From positions 259,780,001-259,844,000 of the forward strand of contig NC_067401.1 of assembly GCF_016432865.1 (NCBI RefSeq): DNA of 64,000 nt. The letters run 5' to 3'. Under the pieces are notes generated by a model. It was given only the letters and a program-made list of their open reading frames with translations, did no database searches and was not told the origin of the DNA. A program made the position numbers and the translations under genes. The first letter of the stretch is position 1, and each line of letters opens with the position of its first letter. This document shows positions 1 to 14,650 of this stretch, piece by piece. This DNA is from Antechinus flavipes. Its lineage: Eukaryota.

Positions 1-179
1 GATACAAAGTGGTGACAGAAATTGAAGGATAGTACAAATTCAGGAACAGGGCAAGAAGATGACCAAGGTGGAAAGATAATTGGCATAAGGAGCATGTTCT
101 AGAACCCCTGCATATCCTATGACTAGATACAATATCTGAAGGTAGAGTCCATATCTTACATCTTTTCACAATAGAACCC

Positions 180-310
180 CAGACTTGAAGACAAGAAGAC
201 TGGAGTTCAAATCTTATCTCAGATAGTAGCTGTTTGAGCAAATCAATTAACTCCTCTAAGATTTAATTACCTCACTTTTAAAATGAAGAAGTTGGACAAA
301 ATGGCTTTTT
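180..310 (+). mobile_element. MIR-type CORE-SINE fragment
   Basis: B-box-like ggagttcaaatc, then core-like ctcacttttaaaatgaag...ttggac; heavily diverged. Confidence 0.6.
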
Positions 311-1091
311 TCTCTTTCAGCTCTAAATCTATTATCATATGATATCTCTACAGTGCCCTACATGGTGCAGGGCATTTAACAGAAAAATCAATAAACATTT
401 GTCAAACCTTGTCTAGATAACCCCTTGTGAAGAAGATTGTAGAAATGTTTCCTTTTCATTTGTAGGTTGGACTAGGTGGATCACTAAGGACTCTCTGAAG
501 TACTGTGATTTAAAAAAATTTTTTTCCTTTCAATCAAATTTTCAACTCTACTCTTAGAAAAGATGACCCTATGAAACTTCCCTATAACATCAGTTAGAGG
601 TTCTTGCCTCCCCTGCGGTCTAAGGATAGCAGTAAGTCCACTGAGCAATTGGGTTCTAACCAATGAAATGGCAGAAATAGCTTCTGAAGGAACTTAAAAT
701 AATCCTAACATTGGGCAAAAAATTCAGAGATATGCTCATGAGTCTGCCCTCAGTGGGTAAAGTTTTTTGTTTGTTTTTTTTACACCAATCAGGTAGAGGA
801 ATTCAATACTTCGTTTTTAATACTGTGTGGGGAATACGAATACGCTGCTAGTTTTATGACAACAAAATTCCTAATAAGACAAGAAAGGGAGCATTTAGAC
901 TATTCATTCACAGTATAAGTCACATTTTTATTTTATGCAAAGAAGTCCATGAAACATATACACAAAGTTAAGAACTCCTTTTATAGAATTTTTTTTTTAT
1001 CTTGGGAATGACTGAATAAAAAGAAAAAATAATTATGGATGGCTTACATCAGGAGTTATTAATCTGGGATTCAAGGATTCCCAAGTGGCTC

Positions 1092-1584
1092 TCTAATGCC
1101 AGAGAAACTGAGGCAAGATAGAGATTAAAGAGTTTTTAATATTTTATTTGAGAGGGAGAGATTGTGCTGGGGGCATGTTGCCCCTAAGCTGATGTCTCAA
1201 AGAATCCAGCAGCCAATGTGTGTTTCTCATGAAGTATATATACACATATGACTCTCAGCTACCAGGGTAGACTGAGGCAGGGGTGGACTCAAAGCACTAT
1301 GAGCAGAAAGGGATTGTCCGGTTCTGACAGGGTCGGGGGTGAGGACCATAAATTCTTGATAATTTAGGAGGAGTTAGGAGCCGGGAAGTCTGAATTCCCC
1401 AAGTAAACACATTTACAATTTATAACCTTAGAGTAACTAGCCCTAAGTTATATCAGTCCTAATGATCAGGATGGGGATTGAGGAAGAACAATACAAGGAA
1501 CTAAGGCAGGACAATTCAAGGAAACTGAGATAGGACAATTAGGGAAACTGAGGCAGGACAATAAAAGGGAACTGTGGCACAACA
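1092..1584 (-). mobile_element. Solo ERV LTR (minus strand)
   Basis: Minus strand starts TGTTGTGCC at 1584; about four copies of a ~21-bp U3 repeat (ggaaactgaggcaggacaat); minus-strand AATAAA at 1143-1148 followed by an LTR-like 3' end; no TSD found. Confidence 0.75.
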
Positions 1585-1608
1585 ATTCATGGATAGATTT
1601 TAGCAGGT

Positions 1609-2189
1609 TGTAAACTTGGATAAGAAAAAAAAATACATTTTGCATTATCTGCAATTAGTTAAAATATTATTAAGAAGTGATCCATAAACTTCATTGGATT
1701 GTCAAAGGGGTCCAGAACATCAAATAAGATTAAGAAACCTAGTTTCAATGTGAGAAAAATAATTACTGAATTAGAACTAAGCTTTTTTTTTCCTCTTTTC
1801 TACCTCATCCAAAAATCAACCAGAGTAGGAAATCTTTGCAAAGATTGTGATTTCCTAGACTTTAAAGGTCTAAGGAAAATGTGACTTCTTCCTTTTGTCA
1901 CAAGTGATAGGGAAACTGATAAGTCCTTGGCCCAGCAAGTCATGTACTTCAAGACCCTCATTGTAATAAAGCCTACATCTTATTGTAATTTTCATTCTCT
2001 CATTAATTGTTAACCAATCAGAGTTGATTGCTACTCTCAGGAAGACTCACTCTTCCAAGAGCATATAAACTGGTCTTTGGCATTAAAGAGTGCTACTAAC
2101 CTTTTTTTTTATTAATAAACATCTAGTCTTGTTAATAAAATGATTAAATTACCCAGAAATTATATTTCTCATACTTTTTAAATGTCACA
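1609..2189 (+). mobile_element. Probable solo LTR (plus strand)
   Basis: TG...CA ends; CCAAT 2014-2018, TATAAA 2064-2069, AATAAA 2114-2119 and 2134-2139 in U3-R-U5 order; left boundary uncertain, no TSD. Confidence 0.55.
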
Positions 2190-3329
2190 AAATGTTAACC
2201 AGTTATCTGGAAACTAGGAACTGGATCTGATGTTTTAGACTTCCTTCCATCATTTTGAATTCTCTCATAGGATTCTAACATGATTGATGGGATCAAATAA
2301 GAAAGAAACCTTTAGAAAGCAATTTGCTTTTTTAATTCATCCTTTTCTATCTATGAGACATGATACTTGATCCTCACTGTTGAAGGATCATGTAAAGAGT
2401 TTTTTCAATTCTTTTCAAACACTCCTACCTATTAAATACACATAAAAGTCAGAGGGAGACCCTGTCTGATTTAATGGAAATTCTGAATCATAGCGTATTT
2501 TTTTAAAGAAATCTAGTTTTATTACTTTCAAGTACATATTATAAACCAAACTAGGCTAATAATGGTGCCTAGTAGAGTTCCTTGGGGAAACTGCTTTAAT
2601 GAATAGATAAGACTGTAATTAGCATATCAATTGTATGTAAATGATGCTTTTAATAGGCTTAGAATTGTTCTTATAAGGAATTTAAACAATCTCTGTCCCA
2701 TAAGTTTAAATCATTAATTTACTTAGAAAACCTTTCTTCTTAGGTGATTCAAAGGTAAACTTTGTCCAGGCCTCTGTCTAAATTCCAAATAAGTAGAGAT
2801 TGAATTTTTAAGATTTTAATCCATTTTTAGTCCTTGCCTTTTAGAAGAGGGAGGGGAGAAGCATAAAATTGTCAATCTGGAGTAGTGAGAACTTTCTGAG
2901 AATAATATTACTGAAATAGCATTGAGATTTTGACAATCCAAAACAAAAAAGAACCCTATTATTATTACTGGCAGTTGGATTGGATTTTTTTTTTTAATGG
3001 AAAAGAAAACAAGACAGAAATGGCTTTAAGGAAGAAGGAACAATTTAATTTTTTTAAAAAGTAGAACTACCTAAATATTTCCTGTATAAGCAAAACATGA
3101 CAGTAAAAGGGCTTTCAGTCTAAGTGCATGCTAGAAACAGATTTTTCACAACTCTATCTGGCTTATACTTCAGCAATCCTTGCTCTCACTACCATTTCCT
3201 AAATGTTCTTTATTTGTGAAGAGAAATAAACAATATGAATGTGTCACAAGGAGAAAATACAATGGATTTTATTTAAAATTACAAAAACTAGAAACAAAAG
3301 AAAAAAGTTTTATTTTATAGTAAAAAAAA

Positions 3330-3500
3330 TTGGACTGGGAAGCAGTACACCAATATATCTTTTCTATTGGATAGCCTTGTGACCTTGGACAAGTCACTTA
3401 ATCTTAATGAGGACTCATTAAGCCTCAGCTGTAAAGTAAAGGAAATGGGCTAGTTGTTCTCTAAGACTGCTTCCCATGTACCAGGAATTTATGATTCTGA
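3330..3500 (+). mobile_element. MIR-type SINE fragment
   Basis: gtgaccttggacaagtcacttaa core motif followed by ctgtaaa...gggctag. Confidence 0.6.
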
Positions 3501-4899
3501 TATATCCTATCCCAAATTCTGATTTCTCTTTGTTTTTCCATCTCATAAGAGAAAATATAATTTAAGGTAAAGAACTGTGAATTTTAGATATACCAACTAG
3601 GACCATATCCTAACTCTGTCATTTATATCTGCAACCAAAGTCATTTCACATCCTCTAGTCTTATTTCTTAGTTTTTAAAATGTTGTTCATTAAATAATAT
3701 TGTTATGGGAGAGATATCTTCCCTCTGACTTCAGAAAGTGTGTAAACACTGTCACATATATATTTATTACAATGCAGAAATTATAGAGGTAAAAACCTGG
3801 CTTTTTGATTATGCTCAAACATAAATTCAGATTTCAAAAAAAAAAAAAAAAAAAAACCTAAATAATCATTAGAATTTTAGCCAGGCTTCTCATAGGCAAA
3901 ATTAAATCAGAATTACAGGAAAATAATTCTTTTACATATTGCAAATTACATATTACATATTGCAAATGTTCTTCTTGGACCATGAAAGTTAAAGAGAAAA
4001 TAGATCCATAATCCCATACTTTCTTCAGTATTATGAAGTTGAACAAACTTAAATGGAGTTAAAAGTTAGGTGAATGAAAAATCCAAATAACAATCTTCTA
4101 CATCCCCAAAGGAAACCCACCTTGTCAAACAAACTCTATAGGTAAAATAAATCAAGTTACAGATTAAACTACATTTGGAGGATCCACAAATAAGCTGATT
4201 GCAGAACAGGACTTACATCTTGCTAAGAAGTTAGGAACAATAGAGATTCCCTGTTTTCTTGTCTGAGGAATGTTTAAAGCTCTAAGTATATTTCTATATC
4301 CCACTGAATAAGTCTTGGTCAGGTGAAGTTAATATTTAGACATACTTTTAGTTGACCAAAATTTGCAGGAGAAATGGTCCTGAGTCATAAATAATAAAAG
4401 GAAATCCAAAATTCCCATATAAATAGTTAAGATCCTTTCTAACTCTAAAAATGTAGGATTTGAAACTAGGAATTCTCTCTGGTTTTTAATATAGCATCCC
4501 TAGAACAAATTCACCAGCAGATTTTGCCACAAGATAGAGCTTTAATTAAATCTTTTCAAAAGGACCACAAAATCGTGTATCTAGAGTTGAAAAAAAGTCT
4601 GAGATAATCTACTCCACCAATTTCATTTTATAAATGATGATGCTAAATGTCAAAGAGATTTGCTGAAGGTCATAGAGATCCAGGCATATGACCCAAAGCT
4701 AGGTCTTCTGACTCCAAATTCAATGTTATAATTTGAAAATCAAGAAAAACACATATCAATCTTTGGCTAAATTTCAAATAAAAAAGCACAATGGTATATT
4801 GCTCTTAAATTATCATTTATTAAATACTTATTACATGCAAAATACTATTTTGATTTCCAGGTGGTACTAATTCAATCATTTTTAAATGAGCACACATTT

Positions 4900-5120
4900 T
4901 AGGAATCATCGTTGGGTTGATTTCATCATTTAGTGATGAAAGGGACTCCAGAGGCCATGTTATTCAACTACCCCTATCTTATCTTATAAATGAGGAAACA
5001 AGGAGCAATGAGGTTAAGGGTCTTGTGCAAGTTCATACTTCTTACAAGTGGGAAGGCCAGGATTCAAATTCTGATAACTCAATTCTAAATAAAATACTTT
5101 TTCCATGTACCACATTACCT
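4900..5120 (-). mobile_element. MIR-type SINE
   Basis: ataaatgaggaaacaaggagcaatgaggttaag...ggattcaaattc is the reverse complement of the MIR core. Confidence 0.65.
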
Positions 5121-5179
5121 CTTAAGTGTTTTAAATGACTTTCTGTGAATTACTGCATGTAGTTTCAGAATCAGAAACA

Positions 5180-5395
5180 ACTTAGGGATTCTCAACCTGG
5201 GGACCAGGATTTATATATATATATAAAATCTATGTGTGTGTGTGTGTATATAATATTTGACAATTTCATTTAAATATAATTATTTCCTTTTTTCCTATGT
5301 GGTTTATGCATTTTAAAATGTTATTTTGAGACCAGATCTATAGATTTCATTATACTGAAAAAGAGGGCCACGGCATAAAAAAGGTTAAAAATATC
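5180..5395. mobile_element. Non-autonomous hAT-Charlie-like DNA transposon (MITE) relic
   Basis: Begins agggattctcaacctgggg, ends aaaaaggttaaaaat; related pieces near 28250-28330 and 30340-30460; family assigned from memory. Confidence 0.45.
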
Positions 5396-6324
5396 GTGTC
5401 AGATTCACAATAGACCTGTGTCTGACCACACTGTGTATCAGAACTGTGACTGCCTCTAGAGGTTCTATGTATATTAATCAATGTGTCTATTATTGGGTGA
5501 GTGGATAATTACTTATGTCCCCTCAATATATGTAAAATGCTCTCAAGGACTTAAGTCCATGAGGAAGAGGAAATAAAGTGAAAGAAAGTGATGAGATGCT
5601 CCGGTAGCCTGAAGCAGCACTTAGCCCCCATTCTTTTCCACTTTCATGATTTTATTCAAGGTATTGATTTGTTCAGAAAATACTTAATTTTTCCTCCTTT
5701 CCTCCATCCAGATGTGAGATGCCTACTGAAAAGGTCTTTCTTTCTCCACATCTATGGTTCTTTCATAGCTATTAACTCCTTATATATAAGGGACTTGGAA
5801 ACAGTAGAGAACTGAAGGAAAAGACTTGTTTTTTCCCTTGCTGTTTTTTTAGCATTTTGGAAGAAATAAAGTGAATCGGTAGAAGGATGGGGGAAGAGAT
5901 GCAAATAGAGGGAAAAAAAGAAATTAAGGATGCCCAAGAATATGGCACTGAGCCAAGCAATCGAACCAGCAAAACAAATATATCCATGGTAGACCCATGA
6001 AATATGTTACAGGCTAAAACCACTTTAGGTCAACACAGTTGTGTTTAGATGACTCCTAGGTAATCTGTTTGGTTTGGAGTGACTTAATTCATTCAATCTA
6101 CTGATGAAGTAATCCTAGACCAGTGTGATTACATCAGAATTGTATCAGAGTAGACTAGAATACCTGCCCATTCTTTCATCCAAGATCTGGTCTTCTCTCT
6201 TCTTAGATAATGTTTTTAAACAGATAAAATTTAAAATATAGGCTTGCAAAGGAGATCAATTAAATTACAATGTAGCTATCAAAAACCTTTTGTAAAGTTC
6301 ACAGATTCTAGGTTAAAAACTACT

Positions 6325-6835
6325 GCTATAATGAATGATTTCATAAAAGCCTGAGAAGGCTTACATGAACTGATGCTGAATGAAGTGAGCAGAACCAAGA
6401 GAACATTATATACAGTAACAAGGTTCTGTGGTGATCAACTGTGATGGAATTGGCTTTTCTCAGCAATGCAGTGATTCATGGCAATTCCAATAGACTTGAG
6501 ATGTAAATTGCCATTTGCATCCAGAGAGAGAACTATGAAGATTGAATGTGGAATGAAGCATAGTATTTTCACTTTTTTTGTTTGCTTGCTTGCTTTTTCT
6601 TTCTCATGATCTTTTTCCCTTTTGGACTGATTTTCTTATACAACATGACAAATATGGAAATATGTTTAAATGGATTGTGCATGTTTAACCTATGTTAGAT
6701 TGTTTGCTCTCTTGGGGAGGAGAGGAAGTAAGGGAAGAAGGGAGAAAAATTTGGAACATAAAATCTTACAAAATGGATATTGAAAACTATTTTAAGTGTA
6801 ATTGGGAAAGTAAAATACTATTGAGGAAAAAAAAT
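6325..6835 (+). mobile_element. L1 3' end (ORF2 tail and 3'UTR), marsupial type
   Basis: ttacatgaactgatgctgaatgaagtgagcagaaccaagagaacattata, then typical 3'UTR, purine tract and A-rich tail. Confidence 0.9.
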
Positions 6836-7227
6836 ATTTTTAAAACCTCCAGCTTTTGAAGTAAGTGTATGACTGCCTCTAGTCCAAAAGTCCAAATAGA
6901 ATTAAAATGTCACAGATGTCATTTAAGATACTACTTCAGAGTCCAGATAGAGTTTGCCTAATATAAGAGGAAAATTTAAATGAGGTTTGGCATTAAGATT
7001 GAGAAGATACAAAATGTGAGTTAATTTTTGTCCATTACTGTCACTATGGTCATCATGAGCTTATGGTATCTCCACACATGAACAAGAGCTGAAGATGGAA
7101 CTTGGATTATGGTCTCTCAGTCTTCATCTTGTTGTAAAACAAGATAACTCTTTACCAAATCTTGGTTTTATTCAGCTGAAGTTCCTGTTACTTTCCATTC
7201 ATTTATTCATTTATCCATTTGTTTGTC

Positions 7228-7520
7228 TTAAAATATACTTTTCTCACTCCAGCTAGAAGTTCATCAGCCATTTATGAGCACTTCCCCCCTAATGATCCAC
7301 ACAGAAACATTGTCCTATCTTGTTTCTAATCTTGACCAGTTCACCCTTCCTTAGGTACCCTGAAACTCCTGCTCCTAAGAGCTGACCACATTAGTACCAA
7401 ACTTAATGAGACTACTCGATTAGCATCAAAATTACTGATTATCAGGATACCCAAGCTTGTGTGATCTAACAGCCTCCCCAATAGTCTCCCCAGTAGTAGG
7501 CATTATGGGCACGAGTGCCA
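7228..7520 (-). pseudogene. 7SL (SRP) RNA retrocopy, near full length
   Basis: Collinear with the reverse complement of 7SL RNA: gttcacccttccttaggtaccctg, accacattagtaccaaacttaatgag, ctccccagtagtaggcattatgggcacg; degenerate tail-like (TTCA/TTTA)n at ~7195-7225. Confidence 0.8.
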
Positions 7521-7859
7521 ATAATAATAATATTGGATTTAGATCTTTTATGTACATTGCTTCTTAATCATTTGAAAGACCTAATCTGCTTGTTCAGGAA
7601 CAAATTCTATTTCTTCCTCAAATTTCTTGTTGTTTTCAATTTCATTTAGAGACTACAAAGTTTAATTACCCCTTTGTAGTCTGAAAAAAAAATTCTGATC
7701 TTTCTAGTCTATAATTTTTCTATCCAATAAGCTGTCTATGCCTTAGTCAACTCTCTTTATGTTCCCAATGCTTGCTTTTTCCTGACTTACCTTTCCCCTA
7801 TCGAGAGTATTCTGTATATGGAATTTTTGGGGAGGGGGAGTTGTTTGTTTATTTTTAGT

Positions 7860-9675
7860 GTTTTTTATTAAAGCTTTTTATTTTAAAAACATATTCATAG
7901 ATAATTTTCATCATTCACCCTTGTAAAAGATTGTGTTCTGATTTTTCCCTCTTTTTTCTCCATCCACTCCCCTAGACAGTAAATAATCCAATGTACATTA
8001 AACATAAGCAATTCTTATATACATATTTCCACAATTATCATGCTACATAAGAAAAATCAAATCAAAAAGGTAAAAAATGAGAAAGAAAACAAATACAAGC
8101 AAACAACAAAAACAGTGAAAATATCATGTTGTGATCCATACTCAGTCCTCTCTCTGAGTGTAAAAGGCTCTCTTCATCACAAGATTATTGGAAATAGACT
8201 GAATGAGCTTGTTGTTGAAAAAAGCCATGTCCATCAGAATTGATCATCATATAATCTTACTGTTGCTATATACATCTCCTGGTTCTAATCACTTCACTCA
8301 GCATCAGTTCATGTAATTCTCTCCAGGACTTTCTGAAATCAGCCTGCTGGTTGTTTCTTATAGAAAAATAACATTCCATAACATTCATATACTGTAACTT
8401 ATTCAGCCACTCTCCAACTCATGGTTATCCAATCAATTTCCAGTTTCTTGCCATTACAAAAAGGTTTGCCACAAACATTTTTGCACAGGGGAGTCCCTTT
8501 TTCACCTTTATGATCTCTTTGGGATACAGGCCCAGTAGAGACACTGTGGGATCAAAGGGCATGCATAATCTGATGGCCCTTTGGACAGAGTTCCAAATTG
8601 CTCTCCAGAATAGCTGAATCAGTTCACAACTCCACCAACAATGGATTAGTGTCCCAGTTTTCCCACATCACCTCCACCATTCATCATTATATTTTCCTGT
8701 CATCTTAGCCAATTTGAAAGGTATGTAGTGGTACCTCAGAATTGTTTTAATTTGCATTTCTCTGATCAATAGTGATTTAGAGCATTTTTTCATATGACTA
8801 GAAATGGTTTCAATTTCTTCATCTGAAAATTGTCTATTCATTTGTCCATTTATCAATTGGAGAATGGCTTGAATTCTTATAAATTTGAGTCAATTCTCTA
8901 TATTCTCCAGAAATAAAGCCTTTATCAGAGCCCTTGGATATGAAATTTTAACCTATGTTAGATTGTTTGCTCTCTTGGGGAGAACTTTTTCCATGGTTTA
9001 TTGCTTCCATTCTAATCTTGTCTACATTGGGTTTTTTGTACAAAAATTTTTAACTTAATATAATCAAAATTATTCATTTTGTATTCCATAATGTCATCCA
9101 CTTCTGCTTTGGCCACAGATTCCTTCTTTCTCCACAAACCTGAGAGATAGACTATCTTTTGTTCTTCTCATTTGTTTATAATATTACTCTTTATGTCTAA
9201 ATTATGAACTCATTTCTGCCTTATCTTGGCATAGGATGTTAGGTGTGGGTCAATGCCTACTAATTTCCAATTTTACCAGCAATTTTTGTCAGATAGTGAA
9301 TTCTTATCCCAGAAACTGAGTCTTTGGATTTATCAAACACCAGATTACTATAGTCATTGAATATTGGGACTTATGAACCTAATCTAGTCTATTGATCAAC
9401 TACTTTATTTCTTAGCCAGTACCAATAGTTTTAATGACCACTGCTTTATAGTACAGTTTTACATCTAGTACAGCTAGATCACCTTTATTTGCATTTTTTT
9501 CATTAATTACCTTGAAATTCTTGACCTTTTTTTCTTCCAGATGAAGTTATTATTTTTTCTAGCTCTGTAAAACAATTTCTTGGGAGTTTGATTGATATGG
9601 CACTGAATAAGTAGATTAATTTAGGTAGCACTGTCATTTTTAGTATATTAGCTCAGCTACCAATGAGCACTTGAT
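7860..9675 (-). mobile_element. 5'-truncated L1 (ORF2 C-terminal region and 3'UTR)
   Basis: ORF 8668-8856 reads NRQFSDEEIETISSHMKKCSKSLLIREMQIKT, typical of the L1 ORF2p C-terminal region; T-rich tail at ~7860. Confidence 0.92.
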
Positions 9676-9794
9676 TTTTTTTTTTTTTTGAACTTTCTAT
9701 GCTTGTGAATCATCAAGCTAGAGATTTCCAATTTCCTGGTGCACTGGCACCTCCCTACCTTTAACCTCAGGAGTGGAAAACCAATCAAACTCAC

Positions 9795-11642
<1,848 letters not shown>

Positions 11643-12159
11643 CCTCTCCCTGTAAAGTACCTGAGCTGTCTTAATTCATGGAATAAAGAAAGACCTAGAA
11701 GTCCCAAACAAGAGCTTGATGGAATCATATATTAAGTCCCAAGAACAGACTCTTATAAAACCATCATATACTAAGTCTCTTTCATAACATCTAGTTGTGT
11801 CCCTTTCATGCCTTGCCCGTCTGCTTCTGGGGATATCAATCCCAGTTTCGGAAGCAAATACTCCTTTCTCTACTACAATATTTTTAAGAATGAAAAAAAG
11901 AGGGATGTTAGAGGCCATTGGGTCTAAACCTCTCTTTTACAGATGGAAAAAAAAAATGATGTTGAGAGAAATTAAATCATTTTCCAAGAAGGAGAAATTA
12001 AATGGTTCACCAGGATGACACAACTAGTAATTGCCTGTACCATGATTTGAACCTCATTCTTCTTGACTACAAATCCAGTGTCCTAAATACTATACCACAT
12101 TCTCTTTTCTTTTTCCTTTTTAGCTATATCTTTAATGTTCCCTTGGTATAGCATTAGTT

Positions 12160-12400
12160 TGTTGGTGAGTTGTTTCAATTATATCTCTCTCACCACAATC
12201 CCATTTAGTGTTTTTTCTTGGTAGATACTGAAGTGGTTGATGATTTCCTTCTCCAGCTCATTTCATAGTGAGGAAACTGAGGCAAATAAGATTAAGTGAT
12301 TTTCCCTGGGTCACATACAGTTAGTGTCTGAGGCCAGGTTTGAACTCAGGTCCTCCTGGCTCCAGGGCTAAAGCTCTATCCACTATGCCACCTAACTCTC
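12160..12400 (-). mobile_element. Mar1-type CORE-SINE (RTE-like tail)
   Basis: tcttgg...atactgaagtggttg...tccttctccagctcattt...gaggaaactgaggcaa...ggtttgaactcagg; short flanking repeat gcat(t/c)agttt. Confidence 0.8.
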
Positions 12401-12454
12401 CTGGCATCAGTTTAGTTACCTGGTAAAAAGGTAGCCAAACCTGAAAAAAAAATT

Positions 12455-13200
12455 AATAGTATTTTATTTTTCTAAATCGATGCAAATAAAAGTTTCAACA
12501 TTTATCTTTGCAAAACCTTGTGTTCCAAAATTTTTCCCTCCCTCTCTTACCTCTCCTTCCCCAAGACAGCAAGCAATCTGATAAAGGTTAAATATGTACA
12601 ATTCTTCTAAATATATTTCCATATTCATCATGCTACACAAAAAAAAATCAGATCAAAAAGGGAAAAAACATGAGAAAAAACAAGCAAACAATAACAACAA
12701 AGGTGAAAATATTGTGCTTTGATCCACATTCAGTCTCCATAGTTCTTATTCTGTATATAGATGGCATTTTCCATCACAAGTCTATTAAAATTGCCTTGAA
12801 TCAATTCATTGTTGAAAAGAGTCAAGTCCAGGGGCAGCTAGGTGGCGCAGTGGATAGAGCATCAGACCTAAAGTCGAGGACCTGAGTTCAGACCTATCTC
12901 AGACACTTAACACTTCCTAGCTGTATGACCATGGGCAAGTCACTTAACCCTAATTGCCTCAGCAAAAAATAAAAATAAAAATAGCCAAGTCCATCACAGT
13001 TGATCATCACATAATCTTGTTTTTGCTGTATACAAGGTTCTCTTGGTTTTGTTCATTTCACCACAAAAAGAGCTGCTGCAAACAGTTTTATACATGTGGG
13101 TATTTTTCCCTTTTGTATGGTCTCTTTGGGACACAGACCTCGTAGAGACAGTGCTGGATCAAAGAGTATACACAGTTTAATAGCTATTTGGGCATATAAA
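12455..13200 (-). mobile_element. L1 3'UTR fragment interrupted by a young SINE
   Basis: ccccaagacagcaagcaatctgat... and ggatcaaag... L1 3' motifs on both sides of the insertion. Confidence 0.88.
12831..12982 (+). mobile_element. Young WSINE1-type tRNA-derived SINE
   Basis: ggggcagctaggtggcgcagtggatagagc...gtcacttaaccctaattgcctcagc plus A-rich tail; TSD agtcaagtcca (12820-12830) / agccaagtcca (12983-12993). Confidence 0.9.
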
Positions 13201-13224
13201 AACCTCATTTTAAAAAGGCTGGGC

Positions 13225-13430
13225 TTCTGATTTCAATAGGATAGGATATTCCCAATGAGGAAACTTCCCCGACAAATGCAGATATAACTCTTGTATAACT
13301 TAAAATCTTAGTTGCCTATGCCCTTGGAAAGTTAAAGAACTTGCCCAGGTAGACACAGCTAGTATGTACCAGAAGGAGAACTTGAACCCGAGTCGTCCTC
13401 AATCTAAGAACAGCTCTCTATCTGCTGCTA
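13225..13430 (-). mobile_element. CORE-SINE with RTE-type 3' end (WALLSI-like)
   Basis: ttcccaatgaggaaacttcccc...aaatgcagat followed by a MIR core in reverse; similar element at ~30040-30240 (+). Confidence 0.55.
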
Positions 13431-14424
13431 AATGCTCTTTCTTGTGGACTAAAAAATCCAGTTTTTGAGGGCCTATTGCTGTTAGCATTGATGGATTCTT
13501 CTAATTATTTTGCAAAACCCCTTTCAGTCTTAGCACCCCAAATCACCATCGCATCATGGGTGCCTCACTGTCTTTATTAAACTTGATCTAAGTATGTTTT
13601 CTTTGTATTAAAAAATTGATATCTTTTGGTTTTATATCACATCCATTTCTTAATATATCCTATTCCCTTCCCTTACCCAGTGAATCATTCCTCATAAATA
13701 AAAGAAGAAAAAAAGAAAGAGGAGGGAAAAAAGGAACAGCAAAAATAACACATCAGCTGTGACTGGCAGTATATATTACAATTGTCTGACAATATATGAA
13801 AAATTCCACAATCTAGATATATTTTCTAAATACTTTGGCTCCCGGATTAGTGACTGTCACACAGTAGGTATTCAATAATTGCTTGTTGAATGAATGAATG
13901 AACATCTAAGATAACTCTCTTACAACTACCATAAGTTTGTCTAAAATGCCTCCTTTACCATGCTTGCTGACTCAGTGAAAGATAAATTTTGTTTAATTTC
14001 ATAAGAAAAACTCAGCGAAGACACCCAGCCCACTCCACTGCAATTGCTGCATTTTAAGCCAAATATAACTTTCTCTTTGGTAAGTAGAACCTACCTTCCC
14101 ACTCTTACACTGAAAATGTTAGCTTGTTAGCCTTGCTAGAGTTTTGCTTCTTTCTGTCAATGATGTTATAATAACATTAGACATGGCAAAAGATCAGAGG
14201 GTGCTCCCATAAGCATAAGCATTTAGTAAGTTTGTTCTTAAATCTAGTTTTGATATGCTGAAGTGTAGAAAAATTGATTTTATATGCAACCTGACTATAT
14301 TTTTAAAATAGCAGAGTACTGAATTACAGAAAAGAAAATTGTGTTAAGGAAGAGTGAGTGACAGATTCTTGGGTCATCTGCAATGACAATCTTTAATGGG
14401 GTATAAATGGGTTCTTCAAGATAC

Positions 14425-14650
14425 AGAACAGGTATGGTATAGTGGATAGACCATTGGGTTTGGAATTAGGAAGATTCATCTTCATGAATTCAAATTCAAC
14501 CTATGTGACCCATGTGATCCTGGGAAAGTCACTTAATTCGGTTTACCTCAGTTTCTTCATCTGTAAAAGGAGATGGAGAAAGAAATGGAAAACCATTCTA
14601 GTATCTTTGCCAAGGAAATCCCAAATATGGTCGTGAAATGATTCAACAAT
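14425..14650 (+). mobile_element. Mar1-type CORE-SINE
   Basis: gtatagtggataga...aagtcacttaa...ctgtaaaag...agtatctttgccaagg tail. Confidence 0.8.

Noticed and set aside
5778-5791. 14-bp palindrome ccttatatataagg, CArG-like
   Set aside because: Ten A/T between CC and GG rather than six; AT-rich palindromes arise easily
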